Position numbers and translations under genes: made by a program. From the IMG/VR virus record IMGVR_UViG_2974529149_000001, positions 2,921-66,920 of that record: a stretch of 64,000 nt of DNA. The stretch is one strand, 5' to 3'. Shown here piece after piece: positions 55,869 to 64,000 of the stretch; within the stretch, counting starts at the first letter, position 1; every line of letters starts with the position of its first letter. The DNA is from a virus. The notes under the pieces are model-generated. The model saw only the letters and a list, made by a program, of their open reading frames with translations, was not told the DNA's origin and ran no database searches.

Positions 55869-56709
55869 GAGCAGGATTGTGATCCTCGTGGCCCGAGGTA
55901 TCGGCGAGAGGCTGGACCAGAACATCGCCATGCATGTGGCCTACAATGCCAGGGATGACATCTACACCGTTTCAACCCCGGTGAAGGTCACCGTCAAGGA
56001 GCTGCGCTGGCCCGCAGAGTATGGACCGTTCCCCAAGCCGCACTCCAAGGTCAGCTTCAACGACTCCCTTGAAACCCTTCACTCCATGCTCAACCTGGAG
56101 GTCTTCGATGATGGCCACACCATGTACTTCCTCGTGGGGTACTCTGGTGGAGCCGCAGGGATCGGTGACTGGCTGGCCCAGGCCTCACAGAAGCAGAAGG
56201 ATTTGGTGCTCGGCTCGGTGCTGATCGCTGATCCGTCGACGCCCAAGGGCATCATCCCGAACGATCCGATCCTGGGTGAGCCACGGTTCGGTATCCGAGG
56301 GGACCGTCCCATCGACCACCACACCGTCAAGTGGATCTGCAACCCCGACGACGTGATCTGCTCTTGCCCTGAGAACAGCCCGCTTCGGCTGATCGCGTCG
56401 GCAACGCCGAACGCCGCCTTGGCGGACATGGCAAGCTGGGGGACCGTTCTCAACCAGATGGCAATTCGGCAGGCCAGCCAGATAGCAAGGGGGCAGTTCA
56501 CCAACATGATGAACAAGAAGAGTGCCCAGGAACAGGTTGATGCCATCCGAAAGCAGTTTGACGTGGCATTCAGGGATGCCTACGGCTACATTGCTGGAGA
56601 TGACCACGTGGCTTATACAGTGCGCGGCGATAAGAAGTTCCACCCAACATGGTCGGAAACGGCGTCGAACTTCATCAGTCTGAAGGTGCTCAACACCTTC
56701 CGACGGTGA
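55861..56709 (+). CDS. Lysin B-like cutinase/alpha-beta hydrolase
   Basis: ARGIGE; GYSGGA nucleophile elbow; LIADP; DDVIC; HVAY. Confidence 0.75.
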   Translation: MDKSRIVILVARGIGERLDQNIAMHVAYNARDDIYTVSTPVKVTVKELRWPAEYGPFPKPHSKVSFNDSLETLHSMLNLEVFDDGHTMYFLVGYSGGAAGIGDWLAQASQKQKDLVLGSVLIADPSTPKGIIPNDPILGEPRFGIRGDRPIDHHTVKWICNPDDVICSCPENSPLRLIASATPNAALADMASWGTVLNQMAIRQASQIARGQFTNMMNKKSAQEQVDAIRKQFDVAFRDAYGYIAGDDHVAYTVRGDKKFHPTWSETASNFISLKVLNTFRR

Positions 56710-56765
56710 CCTCAGCCATATCGGCTGAAACGGAGATAGTGCCCTAACCGGGTAGGATAGTTCCC

Positions 56766-56846
56766 GAGGGCGGATACCGGATGGACCGGGTTGGAACGAC
56801 CTGCGGCACACTTGCCAGCAACTTGCAGGCCCCGGTATTCGCCCTC
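56766..56846 (+). ncRNA. Candidate structured small RNA or leader
   Basis: 15-bp closing stem with nested stems, just downstream of GGGTAGGAT. Confidence 0.35.
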
Positions 56847-56880
56847 TTCCATTGAGCAGGCATAGAATGGACCATCAATA

Positions 56881-57129
56881 ATGTACCTTCCCAAAAGCAT
56901 TCCCTTCCCAGACAGCAAGCGAGCGCCGCGTGGTGAGGGCGAAGCGAAGAAGCCCCTCAAGGTGTGGATGAGCCCCGAGATGGAAGAGACCATCAACCAG
57001 TGGTCGCATGACCTCAACTGTGCACCGGGCGTGATCGGCCGATGGCTCATGGGCATTGGTGCAGAACATCTGAAAGCGGAGATCGAGCGAGAGCTTGGCG
57101 AAGAGTACGCCAACCGCCTCGTCAGTTGA
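56881..57129 (+). CDS. Small putative DNA-binding (ribbon-helix-helix-like) protein
   Basis: KPLKVWMSPEMEETI strand-helix pattern; upstream TAGAAT. Confidence 0.5.
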   Translation: MYLPKSIPFPDSKRAPRGEGEAKKPLKVWMSPEMEETINQWSHDLNCAPGVIGRWLMGIGAEHLKAEIERELGEEYANRLVS

Positions 57130-57222
57130 TCACCATCAGAACCCCCGGAGGGTCTCACCAGGCTACGCCGACCCCGTAGCCGTTTTGTCATGCCCATCGT
57201 AGGGTAAGAAAGCGATCACCCA

Positions 57223-59928
57223 ATGGCAGAACCTGCTCGTGACATCAACTCGTCTCGGCCATTCCACCGTACGGCTCAGGCGTGGCTGGACAAGGGGCAC
57301 CTTCCCTTCCCTTTGAAGCCAAAGGGTAAGAATCCCCTGGAGAAGGATGCCTATACTGGCAAGAAGAATCCATTCCCGAAGGACCCCGAACAGTTCGTTG
57401 AGGCCCAACTAGCCAAGGCACCGCAACGAGCCAACATTGGCATCTGGGTCGGCCCTGACATCATCTGTCTTGACATCGACCACTACGTCAAGGATGAGGG
57501 CACCGACAAGGAGAAGCGATACGTTGGCCACGACGAGTACTTGAAGCTGGCGGAAGAACTCGGGCCGCTTCCAGACACGTACATCACCACCGCACGTTCC
57601 GATGGCAAGAGCGGCATCCATTGGTACCGGATGCCCGAGAAGTACATCAACCGTGAGACGCTGAACAACACCATCAACCTGTCTGGCAAGGCAGCGAGCA
57701 ACATTGATGTTGTCCACCGTGGATACCGTTTCGCAGTTGTCGGCCCTTCCATTCACCCTGAGACCGACTCACCATATCGAACCTACGCCCCTGGTGTAGC
57801 ACCGGATGGTAAGTCTTTCGAGGCCACTGACCCCTTCTCCACCGAAGACCTGCCGTACCTGCCTGAACCGTGGATCAAGTTCCTTTCCAAGGACTACACC
57901 GAGTACAGCGAAGTCGACATGGACATGTCGATGCAGTCCGACAAGATCATCGACTGGTACCGGGACCGTATGCCCAAGGGCAAACCTTGTGCTCAGGTCA
58001 AGAAGTCCCTGAAGTACGCACTCAAGGAACTGAGTGAGCGAGCCGATGGACACGAAGTGCTCACCGCAGCTGACTGGAATCTCTTGAGCCTTGGCTCCGA
58101 GGGCCACCCTGGGGCATTGGCTGGGGCGAAGTACTTTGAGAAGCAGTACTTCGAGTCCATGGTGAAGCGAGGCAAGCGTTCACCGTCTGAGGTGAAGAGG
58201 GAAATCTTTCGGTCCAGGACCAACGCCATCCGTAAGATCAAGGCCCACGTCGATAAGATGGAGGACGAGGGCATCGACGTGGTGGGGAAGTCTTGCACCT
58301 GCGTCGACTTGAGCGAGATCGAGGGTGCCGAGGGTAGCGATACCCCCTCAACTATCGCGACAGACGGGAAGGGGACCGGGAAGACCCCGGACGAATACGG
58401 GGACGACGACCGAGGAAACGCGAAGTACTTTGCTGACATCTATGGTCTGAACGTCATGTTCGCTTATGACACGAAGAGGTTTCTACATTGGAGCGGAAAG
58501 CAGTGGTACGAAGATACGCCGCTCCATAGCCGGACCAAGGCAGCGACCGAAGTCGTTCATCGACGGCAGGAAGCCTACGCCAAGCAGTTGCTCCGAATCG
58601 CTGATTCGCTCTTCGATCCGACACTGCCCAAGACCCAGCAGTCGGCCGACTTCAAATCCGCCATGGCGAAGGCGACGAAGTGGCAGAAGTGGGCCAAACA
58701 CATCAGCATGGCGAGTGGCTTCACGGCATTCGTGAACTACTTCGATTCAGTCAATGAGAACATCATCTCGATGGCCGAGTTCGACAGTAACCCTGCGCTG
58801 TTCGCCGTGGCCAATGGCACATTGGAGCTAGGGATGGATGGACAGGTTCGTCTACGGCCCCAGAAGCGTGAGGACTTCTTGCTGAAAGCAAGTCCGGTTG
58901 AATTCGTGGTGGACGGGGAGCGTGGCCTTCGGAGCAAGGGCGAGGATGGTATCAAGGGTATTCGGGCATGGAACGATTACCTTGACACCTTCATCACCGA
59001 CATGGACCTGCGTCGATTCATCCAGAAGCTCTTCGGCTATGCGATGTGGGGACGGAACCATGAGCGACTCATGATCTTCTTTGAAGGCGAGAGCAGCAGT
59101 GGTAAGACCGTCATCATTGAGCTGGCTGATAAGGTCTTCGGACCGTTGTCTAGCCGGTTTGAGATGGAAGCGTTGATGGCTAAGGACAAAGACAATCTCT
59201 TTGCCCTGGGCCTGAGGGGAGCACGATTGGCATTCACCTCTGAGCCGGAAAGCGACGGGGCGATCAATGCTGGCTACCTGAAGAAGCTGACCGGTGACGA
59301 GACTCTGAGTGCCCGACCATTGTTCACCAATGGGCGAATCGAGTTCGAGACCGTCTTCACACCGTTCATCTCGACCAACACTGCACCGTACATTCCTAAC
59401 GCCGACGCGGCACTGAAGCGGAGATTCTGCGTGGTTCCTTTCCTCCACTCCGTGGGAACTAAGGACAGCCACAAGAAGGATATTCTGCTGAAGTATGGCA
59501 AGGAAGCCTTCTTGCTGTGGTGTGCCGAGGGGTATCACATGTACCGAACCGAAGGATTGAAGCGAGAAAATTGGCCGAAGGCCGTCGCCGAAGCGTCTGA
59601 TAAGTTCTTTATGGGGCTGGATGAGTTTGGCGAGTTCTTCAATGAAACCTTCGATCAGGTGCCCTACTCGGACAACACCGACGATGAATTCTTGGAGACT
59701 ACGGTCCGAACCGACCGAGCTTTCAGCGCATATAAGAAGTGGTTTGAGCGTAATGGTGGCGGCGACAAAGAGCCTTCCGCCAACGCTTTTGGCCGGAAAA
59801 TGAGCCGATACGTGGGGGCCAGCCATGGGCACTGGGACAAGGAAGCTGGCAAAGCCAAGAAGTATTACCACGGAATCCGGTTCAAGGATACTGGTGTGGT
59901 GCATCCGAACTTCAAGCAGGGAAGTTAG
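57223..59928 (+). CDS. Bifunctional primase-polymerase fused to D5/SF3 helicase
   Basis: CLDID and SGIHWY AEP motifs; VGPSIHPET; GESSSGKT; LKKLTGDE; NTAP; RRF. Confidence 0.9.
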   Translation: MAEPARDINSSRPFHRTAQAWLDKGHLPFPLKPKGKNPLEKDAYTGKKNPFPKDPEQFVEAQLAKAPQRANIGIWVGPDIICLDIDHYVKDEGTDKEKRYVGHDEYLKLAEELGPLPDTYITTARSDGKSGIHWYRMPEKYINRETLNNTINLSGKAASNIDVVHRGYRFAVVGPSIHPETDSPYRTYAPGVAPDGKSFEATDPFSTEDLPYLPEPWIKFLSKDYTEYSEVDMDMSMQSDKIIDWYRDRMPKGKPCAQVKKSLKYALKELSERADGHEVLTAADWNLLSLGSEGHPGALAGAKYFEKQYFESMVKRGKRSPSEVKREIFRSRTNAIRKIKAHVDKMEDEGIDVVGKSCTCVDLSEIEGAEGSDTPSTIATDGKGTGKTPDEYGDDDRGNAKYFADIYGLNVMFAYDTKRFLHWSGKQWYEDTPLHSRTKAATEVVHRRQEAYAKQLLRIADSLFDPTLPKTQQSADFKSAMAKATKWQKWAKHISMASGFTAFVNYFDSVNENIISMAEFDSNPALFAVANGTLELGMDGQVRLRPQKREDFLLKASPVEFVVDGERGLRSKGEDGIKGIRAWNDYLDTFITDMDLRRFIQKLFGYAMWGRNHERLMIFFEGESSSGKTVIIELADKVFGPLSSRFEMEALMAKDKDNLFALGLRGARLAFTSEPESDGAINAGYLKKLTGDETLSARPLFTNGRIEFETVFTPFISTNTAPYIPNADAALKRRFCVVPFLHSVGTKDSHKKDILLKYGKEAFLLWCAEGYHMYRTEGLKRENWPKAVAEASDKFFMGLDEFGEFFNETFDQVPYSDNTDDEFLETTVRTDRAFSAYKKWFERNGGGDKEPSANAFGRKMSRYVGASHGHWDKEAGKAKKYYHGIRFKDTGVVHPNFKQGS

Positions 59929-59940
59929 CCAACCGGTGAA

Positions 59941-60260
59941 ACGGTAAGAAAGTTGAAAGAAAGTTGAAGGAAATCGGTGTGACACCGAAGGTAAGCCAGA
60001 CCGGAGAGGACTCGCCTTACCGTATCGGTAAGGCGGGAATCGCTTCTACCTGCGGAAACGGGGGTCGCATTACCCTTACCGATTTCTCTAGGTAGCTCCT
60101 ATATAGGGAAAAAATAAGTTACTCCCTAGTAACTTAATTCTCTCGCGTATAGAGCTTCTAAAAAAATCGGTAATGCGTAAGGATAGGCTCAGAAATAGCG
60201 TTCTACCTGCGGAAACGAGCCTTACCGATAGGGTAAGGGGATCGGTAAGTTCGGTAATGC
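59941..60260. other. Putative replication origin (iteron array around AT-rich core)
   Basis: About a dozen GGTAA/TTACC units, two TTCTACCTGCGGAAACG copies and palindromes, directly after primase-helicase. Confidence 0.65.
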
Positions 60261-60285
60261 GGGAAAACCAGAGAAAGGAAGCCAG

Positions 60286-60627
60286 ATGAAGAAGGATTTG
60301 AGTGGGGGCAGGGTGCCGTACGCAAGGCCGGTGGCAGTGATGGCCAAGCGGGTGAGGAAGGACCAGATATATCCCGATGGGATATGTTGGTTGCAGAAGG
60401 TGGGTTGTCCGTTGTGTGGGTCCATCCATGAGCACGGCCACACTGGCGGAATGGTTGGTGGTTCACCAAGGGTGAGGCACTGCGCTGATGAGGAGCATAT
60501 GTGGCCGCATAAGAGGGTTCACTTCAATAGTGGGGGCAGCGAGTATTGGATCCCTGATATTCCGTTGAGGTACCTGAATGAGGCGAAGCGGAATGTGAAC
60601 GTTTGGGTCCCCGTAATCGAAGATTAG
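60286..60627 (+). CDS. Hypothetical Cys/His protein
   Basis: GAAAGGA RBS; CPLCGSIHEHG. Confidence 0.55.
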   Translation: MKKDLSGGRVPYARPVAVMAKRVRKDQIYPDGICWLQKVGCPLCGSIHEHGHTGGMVGGSPRVRHCADEEHMWPHKRVHFNSGGSEYWIPDIPLRYLNEAKRNVNVWVPVIED

Positions 60628-60725
60628 ACCAGGTTTGATATAGTCACCCAGAGAGCACTGCTCTCGTTTCGAGACCGTCTCCGGACCGGCGTACTCTCGT
60701 AGGAGACCCACCCAGGAGGAGCACC

Positions 60726-61337
60726 ATGCCAGGACGACCACGGGGCCGATTGGCCAACGGGCCGACCCCATCAGAGATGAGCCATGGGCGGGGCACCAGG
60801 CCAAGCATTGACCTGTTCCCACAGCCAGACATGGACTATGACATCCTCGCCTACAAGCGAGCGGTGATGCAGACCGACCCCACAGTGGCCGACGCTGAGC
60901 TGGACTTCTACGGTGACATCGTGAACTACGATGAGTATGGCCGAGCACTGCCCACCCTACGTGAGCGGGGCCATACTCCCATCGTTCGGGAACGGGGCCG
61001 AGGTGATATGGATGATCGCCTCGATCCGACCAACCCCTACCTGTACGAGCAGCGGGAAGGTGAACCAGGAGCCGACCCGAATGAAGCCTGGCGGAAGGGC
61101 GAGGTATCCGATCCACTACGTGTGGGTTGGGAAGAGGGCAACTATGACCCTGAGACCAATGCCAAGACCGCAGCCTATAAGGCTGGTACCGGAGAGCAAG
61201 CCTGGATCAGCAACGCTGCCACTTCCATGCGGGACCGAAACGTACGGAAGATCAAGCGTGTCGGTGGTCCTCCGATGCAGCACTACAACCCCAACGGGGA
61301 GGCCGATCCACGACGAGAGGAACAGCCTTGGACCTGA
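60726..61337 (+). CDS. Hypothetical protein
   Basis: AGGAGG RBS. Confidence 0.7.
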   Translation: MPGRPRGRLANGPTPSEMSHGRGTRPSIDLFPQPDMDYDILAYKRAVMQTDPTVADAELDFYGDIVNYDEYGRALPTLRERGHTPIVRERGRGDMDDRLDPTNPYLYEQREGEPGADPNEAWRKGEVSDPLRVGWEEGNYDPETNAKTAAYKAGTGEQAWISNAATSMRDRNVRKIKRVGGPPMQHYNPNGEADPRREEQPWT

Positions 61338-61528
61338 CCCTGAGTTGCAATGGCAGGCATCGGCAGTGCAGCCGATACCACGCCGACCTGGTAGCCAGCT
61401 ACCGGGCCGAACGGGAGCGCCAAGAGTTGGTGCTCGAAGGCATGGAGTACCAGCAGTCCGAGGACCATCAACGACCATCACTCATCACCTTCGGTGAGTG
61501 GTTGAGAGGCAGTAGGGTGAATGGCTGA
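61328..61528 (+). CDS. Hypothetical protein
   Basis: Overlaps neighbours; ITFGEWL motif. Confidence 0.55.
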   Translation: MDLTLSCNGRHRQCSRYHADLVASYRAERERQELVLEGMEYQQSEDHQRPSLITFGEWLRGSRVNG

Positions 61529-61826
61529 GTGCTTTGAGGTAGACCCCGATGATCCCCGGCAGTTGGCCGGATTGCAGAAGATCGAAGAGGGCATCATGGA
61601 GGTGAGCACGGCCCTCTTTGAGGGCGATGACATCGACAATATGATGCCAATCTGCTGGGGAGTCGGGGTCGAACTCATCGGCTATAGTCGAGAGGGGCGA
61701 CGGGTCCGACGGATCGAAACCCTGATGCCTGTGGGGCAGGGATTCTCCGCAACGAGGGGAATCCTGGAGAATGCCGCTGAGGGCGCAGCTGATGCGTTCT
61801 TCAATGGCACCGAAGACGACGAGTGA
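61521..61826 (+). CDS. Hypothetical acidic protein
   Basis: Packed ORF. Confidence 0.6.
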   Translation: MAECFEVDPDDPRQLAGLQKIEEGIMEVSTALFEGDDIDNMMPICWGVGVELIGYSREGRRVRRIETLMPVGQGFSATRGILENAAEGAADAFFNGTEDDE

Positions 61827-62152
61827 AAGAGATGGAGCGCATGGACGCCATGAGTGAACCGAAGAAGTACCGCAAGAAGCCCGTCGAGATCGAAGCGATG
61901 CAGTGGGACGGAACCGCCGAGGGCGCCACCCCGATCATCAACTGGGTCCTCGCGAACGACGGCAACGCCACCTTCCGCTGCGACAGCGACGAAGGCTGTG
62001 GCGGCACAGCGGGCACACACTACCTCGTCATCCGGACTCTCGAGGGCGACATGCTCGCCAACTCTCGCGACTACGTGATCCGCGGCGTCCAGGGCGAGTT
62101 CTATCCGTGCAAGCCTGACATCTTCGCCGCCACCTACGACGAGGGTGTCTGA
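61823..62152 (+). CDS. Conserved small phage protein (KKPV..TLEG..YPCKPDIF family; start may be 61850)
   Basis: KYRKKPVEIEA, IRTLEG and GEFYPCKPDIF..TY motifs. Confidence 0.8.
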   Translation: MKEMERMDAMSEPKKYRKKPVEIEAMQWDGTAEGATPIINWVLANDGNATFRCDSDEGCGGTAGTHYLVIRTLEGDMLANSRDYVIRGVQGEFYPCKPDIFAATYDEGV

Positions 62153-62454
62153 TGACTGACGATGTGCGGGCCGACGACAACGCCCGACGATTTCGCTCGC
62201 TTCCCGACGGCTACGTGTGGCAGGACTATTACTCCCCCGACGAGGTCATCCGCATCCGGGAAGGCATCGAAGCCGAACGCGATGCCGCACTCGCCACCCT
62301 CCAGCAGGTGCGGGCTCGGATCGAGCTCGCAGAGACGTGGAGCCGGTACCTCGTCCCCGAACATAACGGCGCACTCATCGACGCCGACAACGTCGACACC
62401 CTGCTCGAAGACCTCGCCCAGATGATCATCGACCTCACCGAACGGATCAAGTAA
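62152..62454 (+). CDS. Hypothetical protein
   Basis: TGATG coupling; RFRSLPDGYVWQDYY. Confidence 0.65.
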   Translation: MTDDVRADDNARRFRSLPDGYVWQDYYSPDEVIRIREGIEAERDAALATLQQVRARIELAETWSRYLVPEHNGALIDADNVDTLLEDLAQMIIDLTERIK

Positions 62455-62975
62455 TGACCGGCCCGACCCCGAACCAGAGCCAGATTCTCGCTGCCAAGGC
62501 AGCCATCGAGCAGGCCAGGGTCACCAGGCAGACCGAGAAGGCCCTCTCCATGTTCGCTGATGCGGAGTCTGTGGAGCAGGTCTGCCGCTACCTGGCAGGC
62601 TTTGCCTCGGTTTCCTGGACCAAGCCGCCGACGGGTGAGTTCGATTCCGACGCGGCCAACCTGGCCTCGCTGATGGCCGTCAAGCGGCTCGAAGAGATCA
62701 TCCAGGAACGGCTCTACGAGGTCGTCAACGGCCAGGTGGCGGAACTCCTCGAACAAGCCCAGGCCAAGATCAACGCCTTCCCTGATATCCAGGGTGATCC
62801 CTACTCGTTCTTCAAAGTGGGGCAGAAGGTGGCCTTGGCCGAGAAGCCCGAGATCACCGGAACGGTGCTGGAGCCGAACCCCCATTCTCCGAGCATGGTC
62901 TACGTCCACTGGGACGACGACGTTACGGACAGTGTGATCCGGGGCCGTGAGCTGGTGATCATCAATGGGGACTAA
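62454..62975 (+). CDS. Hypothetical protein with C-terminal SH3-like domain
   Basis: FKVGQKV...GTV...YVHWDD. Confidence 0.65.
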   Translation: MTGPTPNQSQILAAKAAIEQARVTRQTEKALSMFADAESVEQVCRYLAGFASVSWTKPPTGEFDSDAANLASLMAVKRLEEIIQERLYEVVNGQVAELLEQAQAKINAFPDIQGDPYSFFKVGQKVALAEKPEITGTVLEPNPHSPSMVYVHWDDDVTDSVIRGRELVIINGD

Positions 62976-64000
62976 GATTCCCCAGAACGTGGGCGTTGCT
63001 GGATTCACTGGTGCCACTCGGGACAATGTCAACCTGATTGGCAAGCCGGATGGGCCGATGAAGTTCATTGATGAGTTCGGCTTCGAGGTCGGTACATTCA
63101 CCAACCCTCGGGCTGACCTGTACCGGGAGAAGGCCCGCACTGAGTTTGGTACCCTGATGCACCACGTGCCGCAGGAGAAGCGTGGATACTACAAGCCAGA
63201 GCAGTGTGCCGACTACGATCCAGATGAGTTCGAGTACATCGTGGACCAGAAGGGCTATGCCCTCTGCACTCGCAAGACCAGGGCAGGCAAAGCCTGTGCC
63301 AGCCGAGCGATCCACATGAGCTGGGTCTGCACGGCGCATGGTGGGGCTCTGCATCCTCTGGACAAGGCGGTGTCGGAGGAACGTGCCCTCATGCCCACGA
63401 AAGATGGAGGGTATGGGAAGCAGTACCTGGACCCGGAGTTGCAGGCCCGGATGACCCGGTACCAGAAGCTGGTACACGGGATCATCACAGTCGAGGACCT
63501 GGATGACGAGGAGCTAGCCCGAGGCCAGTGCCGAGACGCCAACGGACGGTTCTCTGGCAACCCACCGAAGAATATCCCCAAGGACATTCACGATGCCTTG
63601 GTGAAGCGGCTCTTCGAGCGGGCACGGGAAGCGTTCCAGGCTGAGTTGCTGCCTGCGATCCAGACGCTCGGCGAGCTTGCTCGGAGTGATGCTGTCGAAC
63701 CGGCAGACCGGATCAAGGCCGCGTCCCTTGTTATTGACCGAGTGATGGGCAAGAACGCCGAGGTCATCGTTCACAAGCAGGATGCCCCTTGGGAGCTTGC
63801 GCTCAAGACCATCACGGGTGGCAGTCGAGCCGAGTCCAGACGGGCTCGAGGTCTGGACCCAGAGACCGGCGAACCTGTGCAGCCGATTGTGGAAGCCGAA
63901 TGGGAGGAGGAAGAATATGTGGACATTGATTCTGATGAGCCTGGAGCCGTACCGGATTCTGGCGTAGTTGAATGGACCGAAGATCAACGTAAAGCCCAGA
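62965..64000 (+). CDS. Probable terminase small subunit (runs off window; absent from ORF track)
   Basis: Open frame from ATG 62965; CTRKTRAGKAC..CTAHGG Zn motif; LDDEELARGQCRDANGRFSG; DRIKAASLVIDRVMGK. Confidence 0.7.
   Translation, partial: MGTKIPQNVGVAGFTGATRDNVNLIGKPDGPMKFIDEFGFEVGTFTNPRADLYREKARTEFGTLMHHVPQEKRGYYKPEQCADYDPDEFEYIVDQKGYALCTRKTRAGKACASRAIHMSWVCTAHGGALHPLDKAVSEERALMPTKDGGYGKQYLDPELQARMTRYQKLVHGIITVEDLDDEELARGQCRDANGRFSGNPPKNIPKDIHDALVKRLFERAREAFQAELLPAIQTLGELARSDAVEPADRIKAASLVIDRVMGKNAEVIVHKQDAPWELALKTITGGSRAESRRARGLDPETGEPVQPIVEAEWEEEEYVDIDSDEPGAVPDSGVVEWTEDQRKAQ

Noticed and set aside
59941..60260. Repeats read as a mini CRISPR array or att site
   Set aside because: Units are short, in both orientations and irregularly spaced; no integrase in the window
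38020..63560. RDxxGxF-like strings in helicase (KDRQGEF), nuclease (RDPQGRY) and terminase small subunit (RDANGRF)
   Set aside because: A short beta-hairpin-type motif can arise by chance, so these were not counted in the basic-protein module; they are a caveat on that motif's specificity
1..64000. tRNA genes, reverse transcriptase/DGR, integrase or repressor
   Set aside because: No cloverleaf with T-loop consensus, RT motif or recombinase motif recognised by eye; a tRNAscan/HMM run would be needed to exclude them formally

Overview
The window is most of the genome of a lytic, GC-rich siphovirus. Its host is probably a mycolic-acid actinobacterium (Gordonia/Rhodococcus/Mycobacterium type), inferred from an LGFP-repeat endolysin, a cutinase-like lysin B and an Rpf-like domain in the tape measure protein. 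All credible genes are on the + strand. The window opens in the 3' end of a probable portal gene and ends inside a probable terminase small subunit gene. Gene order: two paralogous SGNH esterases; five very basic proteins and a JAB peptidase; head and tail genes with a 2,403-aa tape measure; lysis cassette; small early genes; SNF2 helicase; Cas4-like nuclease, AAA ATPase and SSB; a nucleotide-metabolism block; RuvC; lysin B; primase-helicase; and an iteron-rich origin candidate. I saw no integrase, repressor, tRNA or CRISPR array. Leading candidates for undescribed biology: (1) a putative DNA base-modification pathway (flavoenzyme, HAD phosphatase, NMAD1-like protein, SAM methyltransferase, mini AEP-like protein, SDR, DnaE, MazG-like protein and a ThyX lacking canonical His residues); (2) a head-region module of protamine-like proteins with shared motifs next to a JAB isopeptidase; (3) an apparent +1 UUU_CG frameshift in the tail chaperone. 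All functional calls come from motif recognition by eye, not database searches.
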